Shown piece by piece: positions 9,056 to 16,896 of a stretch of DNA of 64,000 bases. The stretch lies in the IMG/VR virus record IMGVR_UViG_3300032138_000007, positions 1-64,000 of that record; one strand, written 5' to 3'. This stretch comes from a virus. Taxonomy: Duplodnaviria; Caudoviricetes. A program made the position numbers and the translations under genes. Below the pieces are notes generated by a model that saw nothing but the letters and a program-made list of their open reading frames with translations, searched no databases and was not told the DNA's origin. Numbering within the stretch: position 1 is the stretch's first letter; each line of letters opens with the position of its first letter.

Positions 9056-9217
9056 ATGGATATAGATAAAGTTATTCAGATATTAAGTGAGGCGATAGAA
9101 GATAAAGATTGGGACGTTCTCAAGGAATTATTAGAAGAATTAATTTATGAAGATGAAAATCCAATTAAAGAATACGAACAAGATAAAGATTTAGATGATG
9201 AAAATTTATGGGGCTGA
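9056..9217 (+). CDS. 53-aa acidic protein; stop codon lies inside the tmRNA 5' end (not in ORF track)
   Basis: GGAG RBS; MDIDKVIQILSEAIEDKDWDVLKELLEELIYEDENPIKEYEQDKDLDDENLWG. Confidence 0.6.
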   Translation: MDIDKVIQILSEAIEDKDWDVLKELLEELIYEDENPIKEYEQDKDLDDENLWG

Positions 9218-9647
9218 CAGGTATCGACTGGTATTATTCGATACTAAAGTGCAGTAGAGTTTGAGTAGACTCTTAAATAAAACTCAACCAAACCTAAATG
9301 GCGATAAATCGCTAGACGGGTTAGTAATTGATTGGCATTTAGCCGATACAGAACGGATGTTTAACGATTTCGTTGAACCCGTGATGGATTACGAACCAAC
9401 TTACGCTTACGCATAAGTTACTGAGTTGTCTAACACTCGGTCATAAAATAAGTTAGACAAACGGTGGTTTCGTTGGATTACTACCTATTTGAAATCCAAC
9501 CCTGAGCAACACAGAGATATGTTGTCGGAGTCGAGGTTACGAGCTCGATGGTGTTTTGTTGATTTTAACCTATGAGAAATCAAACAAACTGTAAATGACT
9601 TTGTATAGAAAATAGACAGGACGGGAGTTCGAATCTCCCCAGCTCCA
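9210..9647 (+). ncRNA. ssrA: tmRNA (SsrA), one-piece, about 438 nt
   Basis: GGGGCTGA..TCGAC 5' end; 3' GGACGGGAG-TTCGAAT-CTCCC-CAGCTCC-A; G3.U70 Ala identity pair; PK1-like GAGT/ACTC element; tag ORF 9300-9416 ending YAYA-stop. Confidence 0.93.
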
Positions 9648-9654
9648 CAAAAAT

Positions 9655-11091
9655 ATGGTTATAAAAAAATACTATTACGAAAGAAGTAATCTCTTAGAAT
9701 CCAATGTTAATATAAACTTTGAAGAACTACTTTGGATGGATGATGCTCAAACTGAAGAATGGATTGAGAATCTAAGAAAATTTATTATATCTGAATGGGA
9801 TGAAAAAGGTATTCCACCTACAATTGGTCAAGACACTAAAGACTTAAAAAAGAACTTTATGAAATTGAGAGAATATGATGTTCATCATAAATTCTTGGTT
9901 AGTGATGATGACGGTAATAGGAATGTGATTAAGAATTACAATAAACATGCAAGTGGAGTTAATCAATTCTTTCCAACTATGTTAAAGACTCGTGTTCAGA
10001 ATGGTTCTATTTATGATTGGTTTACAGACGAATATAAAGATAAATTTCAAAAGGTTATATTAAGAATTCTAAAAAGAGATTCAATGTATAATTGGTCTAA
10101 GTGTGTTTTAGTTGGTGAAGGAATACCAGAGAACTTTTTTATAGTTCAACACAAACACAATCAAGTAGAGAGTGAATACAAAACACTTTCAGTTGAAGAA
10201 GTAGAGAAGTTAGATGATAAACATAAAACCAATTTACCAAAAGAACTTGATGGTAAAACATATAAATTCTTAGTTAGAGATTTTCAATTAGGACAAAAGT
10301 TATTTCCAGCAGGCATTCAAGCATTCAGATTAGGACTTGGACAACCAGCAGTAAACTTCCCACCATTAACAGCAAGGTATTTATATGAGAAATATACAGA
10401 ACATATATCACAAGACTTGCTCAATGTGTATGACCCATCAGCAGGTTGGGGTGGTCGTATTCTCGGAGCTATGTCATCACTCAAACGAATTCATTATATT
10501 GGCACAGACCCTAACACGGATAATTATATAGACGAGTTAGGTAAGACAAGATACGAATATGTGGCCGATTTCTTTAATAATGAAGTATTAGAAACCAATC
10601 CATTTTGGGAAGAAGAAAAAAATACCTATCATTTATTTCAAGATGGAAGTGAATTTATTGGGAACAATTCAGAGTTTCAGACGTATAAGGGAACACTTGA
10701 CTTGGTTTTTACAAGTCCGCCATACTTTGACAGAGAGCAATATAGTGAAGATGAAGAACAAAGTTATAAGTTATATCCTAAGTATGATAGCTGGAGAGAT
10801 GGTTTTCTTAAACCGACCTTGGTGAATGCATATGAGAGTTTAAGAGAAAATAGATATTTATTATGGAATATAGCAGATATCAAAATTGGGAAGAATAAAT
10901 ACCACCCGCTTGAACAAGATAGTATTGATATCATTGAATCTCTTGGTGGTGAATATAAAGGTAAATTAAAAATGTTAATGACATCTATGGTTGGAGTTGA
11001 TCAATCTAATGTCAAAAACGCGGTCAAAATAAACGGAACTTATTTAAAATATGAACCAATTTTTATATTTTATAAGCCAAAAAAGACTTGA
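9655..11091 (+). CDS. DNA amino-methyltransferase (N4-C/N6-A)
   Basis: VYDPSAGWGG (motif I) and FTSPPY (motif IV). Confidence 0.85.
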   Translation: MVIKKYYYERSNLLESNVNINFEELLWMDDAQTEEWIENLRKFIISEWDEKGIPPTIGQDTKDLKKNFMKLREYDVHHKFLVSDDDGNRNVIKNYNKHASGVNQFFPTMLKTRVQNGSIYDWFTDEYKDKFQKVILRILKRDSMYNWSKCVLVGEGIPENFFIVQHKHNQVESEYKTLSVEEVEKLDDKHKTNLPKELDGKTYKFLVRDFQLGQKLFPAGIQAFRLGLGQPAVNFPPLTARYLYEKYTEHISQDLLNVYDPSAGWGGRILGAMSSLKRIHYIGTDPNTDNYIDELGKTRYEYVADFFNNEVLETNPFWEEEKNTYHLFQDGSEFIGNNSEFQTYKGTLDLVFTSPPYFDREQYSEDEEQSYKLYPKYDSWRDGFLKPTLVNAYESLRENRYLLWNIADIKIGKNKYHPLEQDSIDIIESLGGEYKGKLKMLMTSMVGVDQSNVKNAVKINGTYLKYEPIFIFYKPKKT

Positions 11092-11116
11092 CTTTTATGA
11101 ATTTATTTCGTAAGAT
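11088..11116 (+). promoter_or_regulatory. Putative early promoter TTGACT-N17-TAAGAT
   Basis: Third copy of CTTGACT..GTAAGATCAA. Confidence 0.7.
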
Positions 11117-11142
11117 CAAGAGTAATTCGAAAGGAAAATAAT

Positions 11143-11682
11143 ATGATATCAACAAACAAGGCAATCGCGGGAGTTGTCCTAATAACATTATTAAATGGAT
11201 TTGTATCTGTAAATATGTTTAAGCAACAAAGTGGTTTCTACTCAGATGAAGTTGATAAACTTTTAACGGACAATCAAAAATTACATACAGAACTTACAGA
11301 GTTTTATAAGTTTGGTGTGGAAGTTGATGTAACTATGTATCAACCAATATATCCACAAACAGATAATTCTCCAGATATAACAGCTGACGGAACAAAAATT
11401 CGTATCAGTAAAGCAAGTGATTACAAGTATGTAGCATTATCTCGTAATCTTTTAAAAAGATGGGGTGGTCCATTTGACTATGGAGATTTCATTCTTATTA
11501 AAGGAACAACAGATAGTCATAAAGATGGGGTATATCAAATAAGAGATACTATGAATTCCAAGTGGGTTAATGTTGTAGATATTTTAGAATCTGTACATAT
11601 TAAACCATATAAGTATGAAAATGTTCACATCTATAAGATGAATTGGACAGATAATTTAGAATTAATAAATAAGAAATCATAA
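11143..11682 (+). CDS. Membrane-anchored 3D-domain (MltA-like) cell-wall enzyme
   Basis: N-terminal TM, coiled coil, VTMY..ITADG..YVALSRNLL..RDTM..VDIL. Confidence 0.75.
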   Translation: MISTNKAIAGVVLITLLNGFVSVNMFKQQSGFYSDEVDKLLTDNQKLHTELTEFYKFGVEVDVTMYQPIYPQTDNSPDITADGTKIRISKASDYKYVALSRNLLKRWGGPFDYGDFILIKGTTDSHKDGVYQIRDTMNSKWVNVVDILESVHIKPYKYENVHIYKMNWTDNLELINKKS

Positions 11683-11701
11683 ATGAAAGTAAGGAAAAAA
11701 G

Positions 11702-11899
11702 ATGATCAAAGAAAAATCTGAAATTAAAGTAGGAGATTGGGTTCATGTTTTAATAGTTGGGTTTAGATCTGGTATTAACTCAAACGAACCAGCATATCAA
11801 ATAGAAAGTATTGACGGTAGTGACTACACCGCAGTTCAGAAAGAAGGTTCTTATGAACATAGAGTAACAGTTAAAAAGGGAAAATTAAGGAAATTATAA
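11702..11899 (+). CDS. Small SH3/KOW-like hypothetical protein
   Basis: IKVGDWVHV; RBS. Confidence 0.6.
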   Translation: MIKEKSEIKVGDWVHVLIVGFRSGINSNEPAYQIESIDGSDYTAVQKEGSYEHRVTVKKGKLRKL

Positions 11900-11910
11900 A
11901 GAGGTTATAA

Positions 11911-12705
11911 ATGAAACAACTTACAGAAACCCAGTTAGTAGATAACTGGAACAAGTTGTTGCAATTAATAGAAGATACATTTGATGGTGAACGGAAAGAC
12001 CGATTACTTGAAATGTATAAGTTCTTTGAAGATAGAATGTTAGTTGCACCAGCATCAGGAAAAGAAGAATACCATTATTGTTATGCAGGCGGTTATGTAA
12101 ATCACGTTCTTCATGTTTGTGAAACAGCACTAAAAGTATCTGAAACTTATGAGTCTGTCGGGGGTCATAAGGATTGGACAGATGAAGAACTTATCTTCTC
12201 TGCCATGCACCACGACTTAGGTAAGGTCGGTGATTTAATTGGGGAATATTATGTTCCACAAGATAATGATTGGAGAAGAAAAACACTTGGTGAGGTTTTT
12301 ACTCATAATACAGATATACAAAATATGAGAGTTACAGATAGGGCTCTATTTCTCTTACAACACTTTGGAGTTAAAGTCAATCTAAATGAAACTCTTGCAA
12401 TCAAACTTTCCGATGGGTTGTATGATGAAGCAAATCCATATTATCTTAAAGTGTTTGATGCAAAACGTTCACTTAAAAATCACTTACCATATATTGTTCA
12501 TTGGGCAGACCATATGGCAACTCAAGCAGAATTTGATGAGTGGAAACTTGGTGATGAAGATTTAAAAGAAGAATTAGAAAGTAAATTAGACAATATCAAA
12601 AGTATTAGTGTTGGTAAAACTGAAACTAAACAAGAACACACGGATGAAGTTTTAGAAAATAAACATAAAGACTTGTTTGATGAGTTATTTGGAGATAAAT
12701 CATGA
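11911..12705 (+). CDS. HD-domain phosphohydrolase (YhaM-like HD region)
   Basis: PAS..YH..GGYVNH...HHDLGK...HWAD. Confidence 0.85.
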   Translation: MKQLTETQLVDNWNKLLQLIEDTFDGERKDRLLEMYKFFEDRMLVAPASGKEEYHYCYAGGYVNHVLHVCETALKVSETYESVGGHKDWTDEELIFSAMHHDLGKVGDLIGEYYVPQDNDWRRKTLGEVFTHNTDIQNMRVTDRALFLLQHFGVKVNLNETLAIKLSDGLYDEANPYYLKVFDAKRSLKNHLPYIVHWADHMATQAEFDEWKLGDEDLKEELESKLDNIKSISVGKTETKQEHTDEVLENKHKDLFDELFGDKS

Positions 12706-12962
12706 TTATAGAAATAGTATTAGGATTATTTGTTCTTGCAGAAGGATATGTAATTTGGAATTTAAATAGAAAAACAGAACTACTTGAAACTTGGGTAGAA
12801 AATTTTAGTGATAAAGTAACACAAGTTCAACAAGAATTAAAAGATATAGATTCTACTGGTCATTTTGAGTCAGATGACGAGATAGGTTCTATATTTAATT
12901 CTATAAAAGAAGTAGTTGATGAATTAAATGACTTAACTGAAGGAGAAGAAATAAGTGAGTAA
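12702..12962 (+). CDS. Single-TM coiled-coil protein
   Basis: N-terminal hydrophobic helix followed by heptads. Confidence 0.65.
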   Translation: MIIEIVLGLFVLAEGYVIWNLNRKTELLETWVENFSDKVTQVQQELKDIDSTGHFESDDEIGSIFNSIKEVVDELNDLTEGEEISE

Positions 12963-13689
12963 GACTACAACACCAGTAAAGAAAAAGAAGAAAACTAAAA
13001 ATTATTATTTTAATCAGACAACTGAAAATGCTATTATTCGTTATAATAAAACAGATGATGCAAGATTAAAAAATACAATTTATAATGAACATATATCATA
13101 TGCATTTGATAAGTTAGCTGAAAATATTATTCACACATTCAAATTTTATTATTTTGATGTTCCATCAGAACAGGTAAAACATGAAGTTGTTTCTTTTCTT
13201 GTTATGAATATGCATAAGTTCAAAGAAGGTAAGGGTAAAGCATTTTCTTATTTCAGTATTGTTGCCAAAAATTATTTGATTCTTCATAATAATAAAAATT
13301 ATAAGAATTATAAGATTCATGATAAAATGGATGTTCTTGATTATAGTAATAATATAAAAGATATGCAAAAAAATTCAGAGGTTGCAAATTTTAATCAAGA
13401 ATATGTAACAGAGATGTTAGATTATTGGGATAACAATCTTACCAATGTTTTTAGACGACAAAAAGATATATTGGTAGCAGATGCTGTATTAGAAATGTTT
13501 AGACGGAGAGAAAACATAGAAAATTTCAATAAGAAAGCTTTGTATATTCTCATTCGTGAAATGACTGGTTCTAAAACTCAACACATAACTCGTATAGTTA
13601 ATCTGATGAAGAAATATAATATGAATCTTATGACAGAGTTTAGAAATACAGGACAAATTGATACTGCAAATACAGGATCATTTCTGTAA
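12955..13689 (+). CDS. Phage RNA polymerase sigma factor (gp55-like, late)
   Basis: KNYYF start, KLAENII, KGKAFSYFSIVAKNYLI resembling the region 2 AYF motif of phage sigmas. Confidence 0.65.
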   Translation: MSKTTTPVKKKKKTKNYYFNQTTENAIIRYNKTDDARLKNTIYNEHISYAFDKLAENIIHTFKFYYFDVPSEQVKHEVVSFLVMNMHKFKEGKGKAFSYFSIVAKNYLILHNNKNYKNYKIHDKMDVLDYSNNIKDMQKNSEVANFNQEYVTEMLDYWDNNLTNVFRRQKDILVADAVLEMFRRRENIENFNKKALYILIREMTGSKTQHITRIVNLMKKYNMNLMTEFRNTGQIDTANTGSFL

Positions 13690-13734
13690 CACTTCAATAC
13701 AAGTGTAACATTTTGATAGAACCAAAGTGTTACA
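13685..13734. promoter_or_regulatory. TGTAACA x2 / TGTTACA direct and inverted repeats (candidate activator sites)
   Basis: 13685-91, 13704-10 and 13728-34; TGTAACACTT/AAGTGTTACA is a perfect 10-bp inverted repeat. Confidence 0.45.
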
Positions 13735-13756
13735 TTCACCATAAAACTTCTAAGAA

Positions 13757-13790
13757 AATAAAAGACTACTCAATCGAGTAGTTTTTTATT
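13757..13790 (+). terminator. Intrinsic terminator after sigma gene
   Basis: ACTACTC-AATC-GAGTAGT followed by T-run. Confidence 0.75.
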
Positions 13791-13857
13791 GCCCCTACAT
13801 CTTCAATAATATAAACACTTAAAAAATAAATAAAAAAAGTTTCAAAAATAGGGTAGT

Positions 13858-13874
13858 TTGGTATAGTTCTTGTA
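13858..13874 (+). promoter_or_regulatory. Sigma54-like -24/-12 promoter for the pilin cassette
   Basis: TTGGTATAGTTCTTGTA = GG-N10-GT against consensus TGGCAC-N5-TTGC; one mismatch at -12. Confidence 0.5.
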
Positions 13875-13935
13875 GTATATAGGTAACGACACAATCACAA
13901 AGGTTGGTCAATCAAACAAATAAAGGAGAACGAAA

Positions 13936-14589
13936 ATGTTCAAAAACCTAATTAAGAAACTAAAGAGTACCAGAGGTAATTCACTTGCTGAATTCGCTGT
14001 TGTTACTGCGATGATGGGTACATTAGCCACAACCGCCGCACCGAAATTTGGTGGAGTTGGTGACAGTGCTAAGGCCAGATCAACTATCGCATCTATTGAC
14101 AAAATTGCGTCAGCAGCTAATAACTACTACAACGCTAAGGTATCTGAAGAAGGTCGTGGAAGATTTCCAGGACAAACTAAGTATGATGAAAAAGTTGGTG
14201 GATTCGATTTACCAGCTAACACACTTACAGATGCAGCAGTGGAAATATATTTAGAAACTATTCTGAATACACAAACCACTTATGAAGCAGACTTAACCGA
14301 TTATGTGTATGTATTCTCACCAGCAGTAGATGATGAAGATGCACTCGCAGCAGATTGGATGAGTTTCGTAGGTGAAACACACCAAGTAGATGTTGGATTT
14401 GATGTAGATGGTGCAAATGATTTTAAAGATAACTTTGGTAACAATGGTATATCTTCACCCTTTCAGGATGGTGCTTACATTTACTTAGTAATCGCTGGAA
14501 GTGGAAGTGGTTCAAGTGCAAAAGCACCTGCTTTGATTATAGCAGACGCTGAAAATCCTTCAGAACTTCACAAGGTATTAACTCCGTAA
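13936..14589 (+). CDS. Type IV pilin/pseudopilin-like protein (atypical Asn+1)
   Basis: Basic leader ..KSTRG|NSLAEFAVVTAMMGTLATTAAP with E+5 and P+22; GRFP motif. Confidence 0.8.
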   Translation: MFKNLIKKLKSTRGNSLAEFAVVTAMMGTLATTAAPKFGGVGDSAKARSTIASIDKIASAANNYYNAKVSEEGRGRFPGQTKYDEKVGGFDLPANTLTDAAVEIYLETILNTQTTYEADLTDYVYVFSPAVDDEDALAADWMSFVGETHQVDVGFDVDGANDFKDNFGNNGISSPFQDGAYIYLVIAGSGSGSSAKAPALIIADAENPSELHKVLTP

Positions 14590-14608
14590 GGAAGAAAGGA
14601 GATTAGTC

Positions 14609-15040
14609 ATGTTAAAAAATCAAAAAGGATTCACATTAATTGAACTCATTATGGTTACGATTATCTTGGGTATCCTTGCAGCCGTGGCTATACCAAGATA
14701 CGCAAGTACATTAAATATGGCAACAGTAAGGACTGAAAAGGCGTTTGTTGACCAATTGTGGGCAGGATGTGAGATAGTAGCAAGTGATAGATTGATTGAA
14801 TTCGGAATTGAAGAGTGGCCGTTTAATCCACTTACAACCGTAAAACGAAGTCGTGGTATAGTATTAAATTTAAATTTAGGAGTACCCGATGAAGATAATG
14901 AATGGCAGTTTAGTTTGGATGCAGTAGATGATCCTGCAGTATTCCATCAAAGAGCAAATGATGAAATTTATTATTACACGTATGATTCAACCAATTTTGA
15001 ACTCTCTGAAACTCCTGTTCTTTACGAACCTACTCAGTAG
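14609..15040 (+). CDS. Type IV pilin (prepilin N-methylation domain)
   Basis: MLKNQKG|FTLIELIMVTIILGILAAVAIPRY. Confidence 0.93.
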   Translation: MLKNQKGFTLIELIMVTIILGILAAVAIPRYASTLNMATVRTEKAFVDQLWAGCEIVASDRLIEFGIEEWPFNPLTTVKRSRGIVLNLNLGVPDEDNEWQFSLDAVDDPAVFHQRANDEIYYYTYDSTNFELSETPVLYEPTQ

Positions 15041-15596
15041 TATATTATTATCACAAGAAAGGACGGCTTCCTTTAGAGGTCGTCCTTGTGATGATACTGA
15101 ATACAGAACTGATAGTGGATTACCTGGATGGAAAAACTATGGTGAATGGTTATCTGAATGTGATTCGTTAGCAGATGCATACGCCGATTCTACATTTGCT
15201 ATTGTGCTTAAAGAACGACATAGACAACAAGTAATAGAAGATAGTCTTGAACAAATTGAAATAGATAATATTGATTTTGATAAAGAATTAGATTTAGATG
15301 TTATGTGGGAAACAACAGTTTGGGAAGAAATTACAGAGATTGGAGAAGAATATATTGGTGAAGTAGAACAAATAACAGCAGTTGCTGGTGTTCGTGGTGC
15401 TGAAGCAGAAGATGAGGCGTTAGCACATCTGTATTACAGAAAGAGTATGAGGGGATTACAAAAAGAAGATTTAGAAAGAGCGTATGGAAAATTGATGAAT
15501 AAGAGAAGTCTTATAATGGAAAAGGATCCAAATAGTTTGGAATTAAAAAAAATTGAAACATACTTATTACAAATAAAACAAAGAATAAATTCATGA
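14958..15596 (+). CDS. Exported acidic protein of the pilin cassette
   Basis: Signal-like LLFFTNLLSSILLS-Q, Cys pair, TAVAGVRGAE motif; start uncertain. Confidence 0.6.
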   Translation: MMKFIITRMIQPILNSLKLLFFTNLLSSILLSQERTASFRGRPCDDTEYRTDSGLPGWKNYGEWLSECDSLADAYADSTFAIVLKERHRQQVIEDSLEQIEIDNIDFDKELDLDVMWETTVWEEITEIGEEYIGEVEQITAVAGVRGAEAEDEALAHLYYRKSMRGLQKEDLERAYGKLMNKRSLIMEKDPNSLELKKIETYLLQIKQRINS

Positions 15597-16015
15597 AAAT
15601 AGAAAATATATTAGAAGTTATAGTTGGTACATTAATGGTTATTATAATCGCCATACTATTAATGCCAAAAGAAGAAGTTAGTAATGAACCTATCATTATA
15701 GAAGAAACTTTTAACGAACATCCTTTAATAGCCTGGCACGATACTGATAAAAAGGGTGATATTGTAAAGATTAGATATAGAGTTTCATATAAAGATACAT
15801 TTATAGAAGTTGTTAATGATAAAGGTAAGGTAGTTCACAAACAACCATTTCAGAGAAGTCCTTGGGAAGATGGAACTCCAAGAGATTTTACATATACTTG
15901 GACGTTATATTATACACAGGATTATGGAGATGAAATACCACCTGGAGAATACGAAATACGAGTTTGTCACATATATTCAAGGAATATTGATTTGAGAACT
16001 CGAATAACAATTTAA
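15593..16015 (+). CDS. Membrane-anchored FlgD-type Ig-like domain protein
   Basis: TM, then IEVVNDKGKVV..YTW..GDEIPPGEYEIRV. Confidence 0.65.
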   Translation: MKIENILEVIVGTLMVIIIAILLMPKEEVSNEPIIIEETFNEHPLIAWHDTDKKGDIVKIRYRVSYKDTFIEVVNDKGKVVHKQPFQRSPWEDGTPRDFTYTWTLYYTQDYGDEIPPGEYEIRVCHIYSRNIDLRTRITI

Positions 16016-16018
16016 AGC

Positions 16019-16047
16019 AAAAAAAAGGGGTGTTTCCACCCCTTTTT
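16019..16047. terminator. Bidirectional intrinsic terminator
   Basis: A8-GGGGTG-TTTC-CACCCC-T5 between convergent genes. Confidence 0.85.
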
Positions 16048-16063
16048 CATTATCCGATAATAG

Positions 16064-16285
16064 CTATTTACGGAATAAACCCACCAACACCAACAAAGCG
16101 ACAAGTCCAGCGAAACCGGATTCGCCGAATTGATTTATGATTGATGTCAGGTTACCAATTACATTAACGCCAAAGATACCACTTCCGAACAATACTTCAC
16201 CAACGGCTCCGATTGCTACAAAAGAGGTAAGTAGGTGAGCTATATCGTCCACCCAACCTTTGACTAATGTGATGACTTCCTTCAT
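16064..16285 (-). CDS. Small two-hydrophobic-segment membrane protein
   Basis: GGGAG RBS on minus strand, own TATTTAT motif, convergent terminator. Confidence 0.8.
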   Translation of the reverse strand: MKEVITLVKGWVDDIAHLLTSFVAIGAVGEVLFGSGIFGVNVIGNLTSIINQFGESGFAGLVALLVLVGLFRK

Positions 16286-16503
16286 TAGTTATCTCCCGAT
16301 TTTTTACTTATCATTTAACAAAAAAGAGATTTTTAACTTCCGTTTTCTGTTGTCAAGAACTGTTCTCGACATAAATAAATATAATATATACGATATTTCT
16401 TATTTTAATATATATAGATAGGAGAATCTGTAATTTTTAGGTTATTTTATATTTATATATGAGTTATAATATCTATTTTTAATACAATACAGGGAATATC
16501 AAA

Positions 16504-16896
16504 ATGAGTCAAGATTACGAATTATTTGAAGGTAAATCACTATCATCATTATTTAAAGATATTTACGATAATTCCAAACACAATAAAGAACAACTTGAAA
16601 TGTTAGTTAAAGAAGTTGCTGGATTTATCAAAGATGGGGATATGGCTATTCAGTTAATTCCTATGATAAAAGAATATTTGGAAATAAATGTGAAGAATGA
16701 TGAACAACTTGTTAAATTAGCCACAGTTGTTCAACGATTAATTGCTGCCGAAGCCAAAGGTGGTGCAGAATCGGAGTTCGGTTTATCAGAAAAAGAAAAA
16801 GAACAATTACTAACGAGTATTGATGAAGTAGTTGTAGACATTCAAAAGAAATCAGACGAAATATCAGAAGATATACAAACAGTTAAGGAAAATTAA
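16504..16896 (+). CDS. Helical hypothetical protein at start of structural operon
   Basis: RBS and TATTTATA upstream. Confidence 0.7.
   Translation: MSQDYELFEGKSLSSLFKDIYDNSKHNKEQLEMLVKEVAGFIKDGDMAIQLIPMIKEYLEINVKNDEQLVKLATVVQRLIAAEAKGGAESEFGLSEKEKEQLLTSIDEVVVDIQKKSDEISEDIQTVKEN

Noticed and set aside
9210-9647. Prophage attachment site at host ssrA or tRNA
   Set aside because: Phage-type genes and promoters on both sides; no integrase or duplicated 3' end seen
9655-11091. Restriction-modification system
   Set aside because: No adjacent restriction endonuclease; an orphan methyltransferase is more likely
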